A stretch of 64,000 bases of DNA from Octopus vulgaris (taxonomy: Eukaryota), in the NCBI GenBank assembly GCA_951406725.2, contig OX597831.1, positions 70,990,001-71,054,000 of the forward strand, in the 5' to 3' direction. The notes beneath the pieces were generated by a model. It did no database searches, had not been told where the DNA came from, and saw only the letters and a program-made list of their open reading frames with translations. The translations under genes were made by a program, and so were the position numbers. Each line of letters starts with the position of its first letter. Position 1 is the first letter of the stretch. Shown piece by piece: positions 1-14,069 of the stretch.

Positions 1-194
1 CCTTGTGTGTATTTATATGTCTAAAGAACAGCAATTTAAGTCGGGTAGGGTTAAATATCCTACTTGTAATACTAATCAAATACCTACAGGAGACAAGAAT
101 TCATGACACACGAACTAGTAGTTCAATACTTTATACACTCAACAATTTTTGCCTCAACAGTAAATGTAGAAATTTTTCTATAAAATGTAACATA

Positions 195-584
195 TCTTTA
201 TATATAAAAGTGAGGTTGTGTGCTGTCTGTCTCCTACGATTTAGATTCCTAACTACTCCCACATTTTGCGGTGCAGTTTAACCAAAACCGGGTATCTTAT
301 AGTCGTGATTCATATCGAGCCCTTCTGGGTATTAGCACGCGTCTACGATTTAAAAAAAAATTTAACATCATTTTTTCCCATTTTTAATGCAATTTTTTGC
401 TATTATATAAAGAAAGTAACTCTCTAAAAATGTATTATTAAATCTCAGAACGTAAAAAGCTACAGTAACACCACCACCCTTTGTGGTTAGCCATATTGAG
501 ATGGCTATTATACTTAACATCTCTAAAAATGCTTATATAGTTATTTCCCTTACAAATCCGAGCAACGCCGGGCGATACTGCTAG
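195..584 (+). mobile_element. Non-autonomous Helitron, family H1 copy 1
   Basis: Begins A|TC, ends CTAG|T, GC-rich hairpin-like ccgagcaacgccggg about 10 nt before the 3' end, no TSD; near-identical copies at 8528 and 10753. Confidence 0.85.
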
Positions 585-854
585 TAGTATATAGAATTCT
601 CTCTGAACCACAGCGTCTGTGTGGAGAAGTCACTAGTTGTTGGTTTAATTTATCATATTGTTCCCATTTTGCTTATAGCAGTCATTTTGCCCTCATTTGC
701 AAATAATGTATAACTGTGCCTTCTCCATTTTGGTCTGTCCATCTGGTTAATATTTCACTTGTAATTCATAATTGCAGTCAGCACTGTGGAAAGACACTCA
801 TCCAGTTCTGAAACATTCACTTCAAAAATATCTATCTTTTGTCTTTTTTTTGTT

Positions 855-1263
855 GCAGTTGTGAGACTGTGGCCATGCTAGGGCACCACTTTCAAGACAT
901 TTTAGTCAAATGAATCAATCCCAGTATTTATTGTTTTTTTCTTTAAAGCCTGGTACTTATTCTGTCAGTCTCTTTTGCCAAACTGCTAAGTTAAGGGGAT
1001 GTAAACAGACCAACACCAGTAGTCAAACGGTGGTAGAGAACAAACACAGACACAAACATACACACACATAGATATATAGATATACATATATATACACACA
1101 CACACATGACAAACTTCTTTCAGTTTCTGTCTATCAAATCCACTCACAAGGCTTCGGTTGGCTATAATGGAAGACACTTGCCCAAGGTGCCACACTGTGG
1201 GATTGAACACAGAACCATGTGGTTGGGAAGCAAGCTTCATACCACAAAGCTATGTCTGCACCT
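855..1263 (-). mobile_element. SINE family A, diverged copy
   Basis: Colinear with younger copies such as 6903-7322 (head, cttgcccaaggtgcc core, microsatellite, 3' part). Confidence 0.75.
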
Positions 1264-1693
1264 AGTTTTGTAAAATAAATTATTCCAATGTACTAGCATG
1301 GAAAAAATGAATGTAAGCTGAAAAAATAAAGAAATATGAAATCCAAAACAGAATGCCCACAGCTAGGTTAAAACTATAACTGAACTTTGTACTCTTTACC
1401 ATTTTTACAAATGAAAAATTCTTTACATTTTCTTTGATTAGTGACTACAAAAATTGATAAAGAGATTTGCTATTTTATTAAATATGTTAGCAAAGAGATT
1501 ATGAATAGGACAAAGTTGATATTTTAAGATTGATTGCAGGTCTTGATACAAAAACGGGCAACTCTCAAATCTATCATGATTTGTTTAGCTTGGAAATGTT
1601 GCAGAACTTTCTCTTCTATTTCTCTCATCCTATCTCTCTTTCTTCCTTTTGTATCCTTTCTTTATCTCTTTATATATGTATATATATATACAC

Positions 1694-1734
<41 letters not shown>

Positions 1735-1750
1735 TACATACATACATACA

Positions 1751-1812
<62 letters not shown>

Positions 1813-2737
1813 AACACACGGCATATATATATATATGTCTCTTTTAATCTACATGTCTATCCATCTTTCAATAACAGTTTATGTATGTATGTAAAGTATA
1901 TGTTCATCTGTCCATTCTATACTCTGTTTCTTTGTTTTTCACTGCAGCTAACTTTATCTTCCTTTTCTTCTCTTTTAAAAGGAAATTTACTTTATGTTTA
2001 ACCCTGTTAGTACATATAGATTTTCAAATAATGCTTAATCTTAAATGAAAGTAAAATATAAAAAATATTATTTTGAAGCAAGAGTAATTTCTTTAGTGGA
2101 ATGGTGTTGGATATAGCCATTACATATTGATATCATATTGCTGGTTCATATTTACAAAATCCTCAAAAAATATGGAATTCAAATATTATTCCACAATATG
2201 AAAAATATGGGAACTTATGAAAGCATTTAGACTACTCCTTTTCTTGTAAGTATATTACTTTAAATTGCTAAATTTGTGTGTGTGCATATGTCAGAAAGAA
2301 AGGTATTTATTTCCATGTGACTTTGTATTGGGTTAACAATCTTATGTTTCCATTCTTTGTAATCAATGTCTTATAGCCCTGTAGCTCTGTGGCTTTTGTT
2401 GATTTAAACATGGGAAACAACTAAGAATTGGTTACAAAAAAGGCAACCAGCCGAAAAATACTGCCTCACTATGTTTCATTTAACTCATGCCACCACTTTA
2501 AAGTTGACATAAAAGTGATGATGATTTTGATGATGATACTCATGATCATCATCATCATCATCATCATCCTGATGTTGAGTCCCCATTGAAGGTTTCATCG
2601 TTGTGGAATTAGTAAATGGGATGTGCATGTGTGCAGATATATATATTGCAGCAGTTTCTGTGTCTTTTCTATATATTATTCCATAGATATCTGAATTCTG
2701 CACTGCAGATACTGAATACCAACATACAGTCAACAAG

Positions 2738-3203
2738 TACAAGGTCTGATCAAAAGTACCAGACCTATTGCTATGGTTATGGTACTAAAGTACACAAGAT
2801 GAAACCACTTGGCACAGACTGGCCTTGAACTCTGTTGTGCATGCACACTAAGGTATAACATTCTCACTCACTCCCATTGTTTATAGCAATGCTTGGAAGT
2901 AAAGTGTGTAGAGTGTGGTCATCTCAAGAACAAGGCTGGGTTTCAGCTGAACAGGATTTCCTTGATCATGTCAAGGAAGACACAATTTTTTTGAAAACAG
3001 TTATAGCATGTGACGCACCATGTGTCAATGGCTATGACTCCAAAACCATGGCAAAAGTTAAATGCCACCTGAAACGAACAAGATTTCAAGACATTGAGGA
3101 AATCCAAGAGAATGCAAAGGGGCAGCAGTTCACTGTCCCGAAATGAGAGTTCCAGGAATGTTTCTTTCAATGGAAACGAGGCGGGATAAAGTGTGTGGCT
3201 TCA
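2738..3203 (+). mobile_element. Internally deleted mariner-like transposon remnant
   Basis: TA-starting mariner-like end (tacaaggtctgatcaaaagt); peptide FLKTVIACDAPCVNGYDSKT resembles ITGDETWVYGYDPET and is fused to C-terminal RFQDIEEIQENA...FQECFFQWK. Confidence 0.7.
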
Positions 3204-3456
3204 GTGGGACTGAACCCAGAACCATGTGGTTGGGAAGTGAGCTTCTTATGGCACAGCCACACCTGCAATATGTATACACACACACACACACATATCATCA
3301 TAAGAGCTTAGAAACTTCAAGAGAACATAAAATAATTTGTTTTTAACATTTGAACTTGAAGCAGATAAAGCTTTTGACATTTTCTATCAAAACGGGTTTT
3401 TAACCCAATATTTTACATGTTAGCATTTACAGCTTTGACTACTTCAAATTCAACCA

Positions 3457-3686
3457 TTAACCCTTTCATTACTGTATTTATTTTGAGATGCTCTGTGTTA
3501 CTTTCAATTAATTTTAAATATAACAAAGAATTTAGTAAAATAACCTGGTTATCATTAAGCTAGTGTTAGGAACATAAATTGTGACTAAGGTTTGGTGGAA
3601 GATTTTAATTCAAAACTTATGAAAACAAGACATTTGTACTATAGAGCCAGAGGCGGTTTTAGCCGGGTTGGTATTGAAAGGGTTAA
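3457..3686. mobile_element. piggyBac-type MITE, family P2
   Basis: TTAA-CCCTTTCA ... TGAAAGGG-TTAA termini; right end tandemly duplicated at 3687-3701; diverged relatives near 45365-45563 and 49833-50047. Confidence 0.75.
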
Positions 3687-3717
3687 AATTGAAAGGGTTA
3701 AAATTGAATTACACATG

Positions 3718-3773
<56 letters not shown>

Positions 3774-4661
3774 TGCGTGTTGTAGTTTTCTTTTTTTTAT
3801 AGCACCAGTCCTGATTCAGATCTCGTACAACTGGCTTGCTGCCATTTCATGTACTTTTCCGGTACACTTATTAGCATCTTGATGGATTCAGCCACTGAAA
3901 ATTTCCTCAGCCAAGGAAGTAGCAACAAAACTAAAATGACCAACCCATCAATAATCTAGCAAGAACCACTGAAACCCAACTTTCAACAACCATCATAAAA
4001 GCGAAATAATAATTTGAAATTGCATTGTATTAAAGGCGTTTTACAGGAAACAGCATACTTTACTGGGTCGAGTGATGTATATTCTCTTCAATGACAGGAA
4101 TAACATTCCTTTATGTTCCTTTAAGTTTCTTACCAATTTTTCCTTGTCTACACCCTCCTCTATTTCTTCTGGAAAAGTTATTGCCTCAAAGTCTTTTATT
4201 GCTCTTCTGTAGCATTCAGTTTTGTCAGTTTTCCAGGATTATGTCCTGATTTTCCTGCTTCTTCAAATTTTTACTACTTTAACCAACATTTACATGCTCA
4301 GGGATGGAAGGCATTTACTATACTATTAAATAAAATTCAATGCTATTTCAGCATCATAATCAGATGGCTAACTTCTTTATATAGCCTAATGCTGTAAAAG
4401 ACAGCAATAGAATGAATAAAGTTAGTTTAATAAAGCAAAACAATTTTATATTTTTTCCTATAACTAAAGACATAGTTTAACACACACGGAATAAGCATAT
4501 CTACATAAATGTGTGTGTGTGTATGATGTATATTGTGTGTCTATGTTGTGTTTGAGGACTCATTTTGCCAACAAACAAACACAGTATTTGTTTGAGCTTT
4601 AATAATGTTTATTTGTCAGAGATCTTTTGTTACATTTCGTGACCTCTTCTCTCTGACCTTG

Positions 4662-5063
<402 letters not shown>

Positions 5064-5139
5064 TCATTTATCTAGTTATTTATAAACATACGTACGTGTA
5101 CACATTTTCATTCTTTTTTCCTTGACCCTTCTGTCCGGC

Positions 5140-5340
5140 ACTAGTTGCCATGATAGATCGTTAACCACTAAACACATTTTTTTTTCTCTCCTTGTTTTTT
5201 CAGTGTCCATTTCTGTAGAAGAGCATAGGCTCGAAATGTTAAAAGACTTTTTCTATTCCTGAGCGTTATACTAATACATCTGCTTGTTTTGTACACTATA
5301 TGTCTTCGTCTCTTTTTTTTTTTCGTAAACTCTCCCTATA
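5140..5340 (+). mobile_element. Short repeat with hammerhead-like motif (probable Penelope-derived terminal repeat)
   Basis: Reverse-orientation copy at 24520-24652 and fragment at 15299-15375; contains ctgtagaagagcataggctcgaaa. Confidence 0.55.
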
Positions 5341-5638
5341 TATATATATATATAGTATTTCTTGTGAGGACACTCAGATGTACAACTGTTATTGGTGAAT
5401 TGTTTCAAGCTCCACATAGAGCATCATCATCTTGTCTACTTCCAGTAAATTGGTGTCGTTGAATTACACACACACACACGCACAAAAAAATGGTTACTAA
5501 ATCTACTTTACAAAGCTTTGGTCAACCCAGGGCTAGAGCAGAAAATGTCCAAATGCCATGCAGTGGAACTGATCCTGAAACTGTATCGTTTGGAAGGAAA
5601 CTTCTTAAGCACACAGCCATAACTGTTCCTGATTAAGC

Positions 5639-5686
<48 letters not shown>

Positions 5687-5941
5687 AGGTGTGTAAAAAT
5701 TTATTCTGCTAACTTAACAGTCAATCTGATGATTTCCTTTGATTTCTAGTTGTGAGTGTATCATTCCTCTTAAACAGTTTATACCATTAGTCAAATCATA
5801 TGTCACAATACATTTCCTTTTGAGCAGTGCTTGAGACCTCCTTACCTCCAAGTGGTATTTCAACTGCTTTCAGTTTGGAAACACTTGCTAACAAAATCAC
5901 TAAAAACTAATATGAATATTCCTTAAGTTTGAAACAATAGT

Positions 5942-6596
5942 TTAACTCCTTAGAATTTAAACTGGCCACATCCAGCCCAAATATTCTGCCTGTTTCATGT
6001 TTAAACTGGCCAGATCCGGTTACTCACACCTACCCTTTAAAGTCATACTAAAAATAAAAAGTTACATCATTGAAATCTTAAAGTTATGACATACTCTTTT
6101 ACTCTTTTACGTGTTTCAGTCATTTGACTGTGGCCATGCTGGAGCACCGCCTTTAGTCGATCAAATCGACCCTGGGTCTTATTCTTTGTAAGCCCAGTAC
6201 TTATTCTATCAGTCTCTTTTGCCGAACCGCTAAGTGACGGGGACGTAAACACACCAGCATCGGTTGTCAAGCAATGCTAGGGGGACAGACACAGACACAC
6301 AAACCCACACACACACACACATATATATATATATACATATATATGACGGGCTTCTTTCAGTTTCCGTCTACCAAATCCACTCACAAGGCATTGGTCGGCC
6401 CGGGGCTATAGCAGAAGACACTTGCCCAAGATGCCACGCAGTGGGACTGAACCCGGAACCATGTGGTTGATTAGCAAGCTACTTACCACACAGCCACTCC
6501 TGCACCTATAATGCATGATAATGCATGATTAATTCAAAACAATGGGAATAAATAAGCATTACTCTTGATAGACTAATCTGAATGCTAAAGGGTTGA
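5942..6596. mobile_element. piggyBac-type MITE, family P1, split by a SINE
   Basis: 5942-6091 plus 6508-6596 rejoin to match the intact copy at 17337-17560; TTAA/TTGA flanks. Confidence 0.75.
6092..6507 (-). mobile_element. SINE family A (tRNA-derived, CORE-like), full length
   Basis: Pol III A-box-like TGGCTGTGTGG, B-box-like GGTTCAGTCCC, ttgggcaagt CORE-like segment, internal (TA/TG)n, (AAGAGTA)n tail. Confidence 0.9.
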
Positions 6597-6902
6597 TATT
6601 GCTATGGGTCTTTAAGTTTAAAGAGTCATTAAGGTGAACACGTCTCCCTAAGTCCTTTCACATTTGCAGTTCATTTATATTACTGAAATGTTTCCTCACC
6701 CATGCTGTAGAAAGTTCAATGACACTGATCACCCATTGAACAATACTACTGATTTCTAACATTTAATTAATTAAAAGCAGAAACCTGTATCAGATGATTT
6801 ATCAGGATGTTGCTTGAGGCTGCTCTGCATTAATTATAACCAACTGGTTTGGAATGTGGAGGAGAAATCTTTTCAGGAGATATTTAACACTTTCAGCAAC
6901 AT

Positions 6903-7119
6903 ACTCTTTTACTCTTTTACTTGTTTCAGTCATTTGACTGTGGCCATGCTGGAGCACCGCCTTTAGTCGAGCAAATCGACCCCGGGACTTATTCTTTTTG
7001 TAAGCCCAGTACTTATTCTATCGGTCTCTTTTTGCCGAACCGCTAAATGACGGGGACGTAAACACACCAGCATCGGTTGTCAAGCAATGCTAGGGGGACA
7101 AACACATACACACAAACAC

Positions 7120-7150
<31 letters not shown>

Positions 7151-7322
7151 CATATATACGACAGGCTTCTTTCAGTTTCCGTCTACCAAATCCACTCTCA
7201 AGGCATTGGTCGGCCTGGGGCTATAGCAGAAGACACTTGCCCAAGATGCCACGCAGTGGGACTGAACCCGGAACCATGTGGTTGGTTAGCAAGCTACTTA
7301 CCACACAGCCACTCCTGCGCCT
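6903..7322 (-). mobile_element. SINE family A, full length
   Basis: Same structure; 7-bp TSD GCAACAT at 6896-6902 and 7323-7329. Confidence 0.92.
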
Positions 7323-7636
7323 GCAACATGTCGCATTATTATATTTTCTGTAAAGTAGATAGGTTTGTTTAAAAGGAAAACTATTGTAATATAGTGTTTT
7401 CACCTGGTTGATAATTAATGAGACATCTGATAGGTGACAGTAGCTACCTGTTCTCTGATTTACCCAATAGTGCTCGTCAAAATTTCAAAATTTCACACTT
7501 AGTAAGCAGGATGAAACTAGCTGGCATTTTGCATTGATATAAATTGTAGAAGTTAAACTACTACAACTACTACTACCACTGGTGCTAGTACAGCCACAGC
7601 AATAATAGTTGATTATGCATGCAAAGAACAACTCAA

Positions 7637-7886
<250 letters not shown>

Positions 7887-8089
7887 GAGGAGAAGTGGGG
7901 GTTCATATTTGAACTCCTATTTGTTTATTTTATACTTTATACTGAATCATGAAAAACCTTTAAATTAATGACCTGTTCAAGTTATTAATCAAGTTACCAC
8001 TCATCTTAATTGGATCTAACCAAGAAAAGGTTTCATTTATATTTTTTCTTTTCCTCTTCATTTATTCTTATCACTTTAATTTTTCCATT

Positions 8090-8139
<50 letters not shown>

Positions 8140-8271
8140 AGTTTCCGAAGTGGCTGGGCTGGTTTCTGATGTAATAAAATTTATCTCAACCTTACCTTAA
8201 ATACGTTGAAATATCTGCCTCATGTCGCAGTGATTTCAGTTATGTTCACTAAGATACTATGAGTTCTGGAG

Positions 8272-8310
<39 letters not shown>

Positions 8311-8527
8311 CTAGCATAGTCATGATTTTCATCATAATCTTTGTCGTTAGTATCATCATTGCCATCACAACGTCCATACAACCATCGCCATCACCACCAC
8401 CACCATCACCACTACTACCATCATCATCATTATTTTAGCAAGTATTTTTCTTTACCAGTTTTCTAATTTTAACTTCATCAATCTTTATCAAGCATTTTAG
8501 AAAGAATTTTGTCCTTAACAGTTGATA

Positions 8528-8921
8528 TCTTTATATATAAAAGTGAAGTTGTGTGTCTGTCTCCTACGATTTACATTCCTAACTACTCCCACATTTTGCA
8601 GTGCAGTTTAACCAAAACCGGGTATCTTATAGTCGTGATTCATATCGAGCCCTTCTGGGTATTAGCGTGCATCTACGATGAGTCTACGATTTTAAAAAAT
8701 TTACCATCATTTTTTTCCATTTTAATGCATTTTTTCGCTATTATATAAGGGAAATAACTCTCTAAAAATGTCTACGATGAGTCAACGATTTAAAAAAAAT
8801 TTACCATCATTTTTTTCCATTTTTAATGCATTTTTTTGCTATTTTTTGGCTATAACTCTCTAAAAATGCTTATATAGTTATTTCCCTTACAAACCCGAGC
8901 AACGCCGGGCGATACTGCTAA
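8528..8921 (+). mobile_element. Non-autonomous Helitron, family H1 copy 2
   Basis: A|TC start, cccgagcaacgccggg hairpin, CTAA|T end (CTRR); internal ~95-bp module duplicated. Confidence 0.85.
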
Positions 8922-9744
8922 TTTTCTATATAATCTATATTTCTCTTAAGTAGGAGTTCAGCTTTGTCCCAAGTCAGCTTCCCTTCAGCCAGATTATATG
9001 TGTATTATAGACAACAATTAGATATGTAGTTGTATGCAATATATGCAAACTGATGATTAGCTGAGTGCAATAGACAGCAATTAAATGTAGTTGTATATAA
9101 TATACAGCAATTAGACAGGTAACTATGTGCAACAGAGAGTGGTTTTCAACTAGACAGTAGGATAAGTAGAAGTAATCAACTTAATATGCTTGTACCTAAG
9201 CGGGTGGTACTAAAGTTTGTTGAACCCGTGTGGGTGATAACAGAGTAATCAATGGAATGAAAGATGGTCACAGCAGAGTTATTAGAACAAAAGTGGATGG
9301 TACTAGATTTAGTGAACCCCAAGTGAAATGAGGATGTATTGCACTGGAGAGAAATAGTTTTACTATTAAAATGAATTTTGTAATTTCTAACATAAACAGA
9401 ATACCACAGAATTCAGTGCAAGGTTGAGATTATTTTAAATGGCATCAATACTTGACAGGTAGATATTTCCTCAACATTTGAAGAATGAAAAACAGAGTAG
9501 GCTTGGGTAGAATACGAATGCAGAACATAACCTTTTACATTCTTAATTCAGGACAAAAATTCATCCATGTATTTATTCTGTCACCCTATGGTTGTCAGAT
9601 TTTATTCCATAACTGCTATCTCTGAAGAGTGCTGGGTTATATAAGTGGGCTGTAATCTAATTCTCCATTGAACCCCTAGTGCAAAACTGATTGGTATGAT
9701 CAGCCATAATGGGATATATAATATTGTACACTTTGATTTATATT

Positions 9745-10300
9745 TATATGTATATATATATATATATAATATAAAATCCGTTCTGTCTGTGTGTCTTCTA
9801 GGATCTCAGACATCCTCCATCCAATTGCGCTCAAATTTGATATGTAGATACCGACGGTATCAAGGCATGTATAAGTCTTGAAAAAATTACAAAAATCGAT
9901 TCCAGGTGAGAATGTGATCGATAAAGCTGTGGGAACGTGCTTTTCTTCTGTCAGCCTGTACATAGCTGCACCTTCCATTTTTTGTTGTTTTTGTACTAAT
10001 TAAAGGCACGTTTCTTTCCAGCCAAGCTTACTGTTTAAACCATGTTTGTGTTCTCCCAGTCAACAGCCTTATTATTACTGGTACTTTAAACTCTTCAGTT
10101 GCATATTTGTGTGAATAAAATCGTTTTTCTTTGGAATAGAAAAGTCTATCTTTATTTCTTCTTTTGCTAGTGTCTCAAATTTAGGTTAAAGCAGTGTTTC
10201 TCAAAGGGGAGGCCTATGGGACTGTTAGACAAGTTGTTTTGAGAAAATTTGGTTTAAATGTTTGACAACTCAGTACCGTCCATTGGACGGGAGGCATCTT
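9745..10300 (+). mobile_element. Probable diverged non-autonomous Helitron, family H2
   Basis: (TA)n-aatataaaatccgttctgtctgtgtgtc type 5' end; 3' hairpin ccgtcc-att-ggacgg followed by a degenerate CTTG end. Confidence 0.5.
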
Positions 10301-10752
10301 GCACGCATATATATATATATATATATATATATAAGGGTGCAAATTATAAATTTATGAAACTATATTCATTCAGAATAAATTTCAAAAGTAGGATGATAAA
10401 ACATACAATAATTAAAACTATATATCTCAATAAAAATTAAAATTTCCACTTGTGGTTGATCATGGTACCCAATGTTCCTGATTCCATCAATTCCCTTCCT
10501 ATATTGTTCATGGCTGGAGATTTCAATTCTCTTTGGTGAGAAGCCCCTGGGTTGCTATAGACAAGGCAGGTGCCATGTTCTCTGTGTCATTGAAATATAC
10601 TACTTTGTAAAGTCTATCCGAAGTTTCCACTAGGATTCTGTTGTTTCTATGTTGTTTATGATGTGATCCCATTTCCTTTTTAATCCGTTCCTTCTGGAAA
10701 TTCCTCATGTATACAGCATAGGACTCTTACTGTATAAGACTCTTACTGTGTA

Positions 10753-11042
10753 CTAGCAGTATCGCCCGGCGTTGCTCGGGTTTGTAAGGGAAATAACATT
10801 TTTAGAGAGTTACTTCCCTTATATAATAGCAAAAAAAATGCATTAAAAATGCGAAAAAATGATGGTAATTTTTTTTTAAATCGTAGACTCATTGTAGACG
10901 CGCGCTAATACCCAGAAGGGCTCGATATGAATCACGACTATAAGATACCCGCTTTTGGTTACACTGCACCACAAAATGTGGGAGTAGTTAGGAATCTGAA
11001 TCGTAGGAGACAAACACACAACTTCACTTTTATATATAAAGA
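10753..11042 (-). mobile_element. Non-autonomous Helitron, family H1 copy 3
   Basis: Reverse complement of copies 1 and 2 with TC start, hairpin and CTAG end in an A|T site. Confidence 0.85.
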
Positions 11043-11455
11043 TATTGTATAAAATTCTTATTCGTCATATGAACGGTTATGAATTTCATGTTATGCAAAG
11101 TGGAGATTGGTTCAATATTCTCATAAGATATTGGCAATCCTTCATAAGTTATGAGTTCTTTTACATAGGTGTATCCCACCAATCATTAATTTTTTTTTTT
11201 TAGATTAAGTCTTTTCCTGAGCTCCTCTTACAGGTTTGGCTAACAGTCCACATAGAAATCAGTTACAAAGAAGTGTAATATAGTGTGTCCTTGTAACTAA
11301 GATTCCAGAAAATCCAGCTGATGAAATTGTTTCATGAGGAGAAAATAAAAACATAAAAATGAGGATGTATGGGAGGTGAATATATATTTATTTAACCATG
11401 TGATTTCCATGGGATTATGTGATTAGCTGATTTCTACGTGGACTGTTAACCAAAT

Positions 11456-11527
11456 GGCCAGATAACCGAAGAGATGGTGTTGTGGATTTCCACCTCGGCA
11501 TCCGAAACTCAGAGTTTTATCTTGGCT
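11456..11527 (+). ncRNA. Type I hammerhead ribozyme-like motif (variant core, possibly decayed)
   Basis: Stem I ggccagataa/ttatcttggct; core CCGAAGA (vs CUGANGA); long stem II; GAAA; stem III actc-a-gagt; GUU triplet. Confidence 0.6.
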
Positions 11528-11709
11528 ATTGAATAATTGTCACGTATTATTTTGCAGATAAATTTCCTCTATTTACATAATATTGAGGTCTCTTTCTTTT
11601 GTTATCTTACCGTTTTTACCAATATATATATATATATACGTATGTGTGTGTGTGTGTATGCATATCAATATATATATATATATATATATATATATCTTTC
11701 ATATTTTTT

Positions 11710-12115
11710 ATCTTTTACGTGTTTCAATCACTTGACTGTGGCCATGCTGGGGCACTGCCTTGAGGGTTTTAGTTGAGCAAATTGACTCCAGGAATTACTT
11801 TTTAAAACCTGATACTTATTCTATCTTTTATTTTTGCCGAACCACTAAGTTACAGGGATGTAAACACACCAGCACTAGTTGTCAAGTGGTGATGTGTGTG
11901 TGTGTGTGTGTATATATATGTGTGTGTGTGTTTATATACCTATATCTATCTATCTATATACATATATATGTGCTGAGTTTCTTTCAGTTTCTGCCTACTG
12001 AATCCACTCACATGGCTTTGGTCAGAAAGCACTTGCCCAAGGTGCCTCACAATGGGACTGAACCATGGACCATGTGGTTGGGAAGCGTGCTTCTTACCCC
12101 ACAGCTACACCAGAG
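11710..12115 (-). mobile_element. SINE family A, diverged copy
   Basis: Colinear similarity to young copies. Confidence 0.75.
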
Positions 12116-12914
12116 CGTGTGAAATATTAATATAGAAAGTGAGAGTGAGTGAGATAGTTGTATAGATACATGTTACATACATATAACACAGATACATGCA
12201 CATGTGCATATGTTTGTGTGTGTGTGTGTGTGTGTAAGTGTGTGCACCCAACCAACACAAACACATGTTTAACAACCCAATTTATACTTGTTTGTTTGTA
12301 CAGTATTGTAATTTGTTGCATAGATTGTATTGTATTATATTTTAACATTGAGGCTCTGCTGGCCGTGTGACAAATAATGAAACCATTATTTTCAATACCA
12401 AGTTATAATCATTTATTTCAGTCTTTTCTTTTTCTCTGAAAATTACAAATTTTTGTAATGAATTTCACATAATTTCTGTTCGAAACAATTATCCCTTTGA
12501 AATATTGTTTCAAAGTAAAAGCAGCATTATTCTTGGTTTCTCATTTTTCTCTTCATTTTTTCACTTTCCATTTTGTTATGTGATCTTGTTATTATCACCA
12601 TGGCTTTGATTTTTATATTGTTGGTCTGTTGTTGATTTACTGTTGAGTTTGATTTGTTATTTCTCTTATTTTTTGGCTGCTCTCTTCTTACTGCCCTGCC
12701 ATGCCCCTGGACAGTTCCACATGAGTCCTCCAAGTAGCTTGATCACAGAATTGCTCAATCAGAATTCTATTGTCTTTCTTCAAAGAGACCTTTCATCCCA
12801 AGATATCAATATAGAACATGGTGTGCACATTTTTTTTTAATGCTATTATTTTAGGGAGTTAGATGAGAGAGACTTAATTACAACATCAAATAGATCAGAT
12901 GACTGCAAAGGGTG

Positions 12915-13300
12915 GCAGGAAATTCACTTCCCAACCACGTGGTTCCAGGATTAGATCCACTGCATGACACCTTGGACAAGTATCTTCTATGATAGTTCCA
13001 AGCCAACCTAAACCCTTGCAAGTGAATTTGCTTAAAAAATGCTAAAATGTCATCATATATGTGTACGCTTATGTGTGTGTTTGTGTCCTCATATCTTAAC
13101 ATCATATAATAGCTATAAAGAAACATTGCTGTCCTACAAGTCCCTCACTTCTACTCTTCCATGAAAACATGTTCAGTCACAGGGACATATTACTTTACTG
13201 GGAAAGAAAGGAAGGTTAGTGACTGAAAAGGCATCCAGCTGTAGTAAATGTACCTCAGAGAATTCTGTCTAACCCATACAAGAATGGAAAAGTGGATGTT
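12915..13300 (+). mobile_element. Old SINE with family A-like head and RTE-like 3' tail
   Basis: Head cttcccaaccacgtggttcc...ccttggacaagt; tail ggcatccagctgtag...aacccat...atggaaaagtggatgttaaa resembles RTE 3' ends at 31020-31148 and 61420-61547. Confidence 0.5.
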
Positions 13301-14019
13301 AAAACAACTTGCTGCAGCTACCGTTGTCACAGAGGAAAGGATTTTCTTCTTCTGCACTTTTGTGGATTTCAGAAAATGTTCCTACTTCACAAACAGTACC
13401 AAACTGATTTTAAAGCCATATTAGCATGGAATTTCCTTTCCATTGAAAGACATGCCATACACAAAAGAAAAAACATCAACCATCCAACTTGTAATTAAAG
13501 CTATATACATGCAGCGTTTGGCTTAAATATTAAATGAACCTTCTTGTATGTTTCCATTTAAAAGAAATATAAAAGTGCAGATGACATTTGAAATACTTTT
13601 TCAAACATTTTATAATAAAGAACTATTCAAAAATCACCCTTTTATCCATTTCAATAGAATTTTTATTTCTTCTGAGTTACTTTAAATATTAAACCCTTAA
13701 GGATAATAGATGAAATCTGTAAATTTTTGCAGTTCTATTTTTCTTTATAATTTTACGTATGAATCGTTGCAAAAAAACATACTTTTTTAAAAGCTGCTAT
13801 CTAGAGACAGTGGAGGAAATGCCACAGTGATTAGAGCAAATAATCTATATAAATTGTAATATATACATTTTAATGTAAGATGTTTGCTTCATAGTCTCAT
13901 GGTTCCAGGTTCAGTCCCACTGCATGGCACTTTGAGCAAATGTCTTTGACAATCGCCTCAGGTCAACCAAAGCCTTGTGACTGCTGAACCAGTCATTAAG
14001 TGTCCCACCACTGAGGGAT

Positions 14020-14069
14020 GTAATTGTTTTGACACCTCTAGCATCGGCTAGAGGTGTCAAAACAATTAC
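14020..14069. repeat. Perfect 23-bp inverted repeat with 4-nt loop
   Basis: gtaattgttttgacacctctagc-atcg-gctagaggtgtcaaaacaattac. Confidence 0.95.

Noticed and set aside
9000-9330. Imperfect short direct repeats, possible solo LTR
   Set aside because: No TG...CA ends or TSD identified
10460-10720. AGDFNS motif suggesting a LINE endonuclease
   Set aside because: A single short motif surrounded by stops is insufficient
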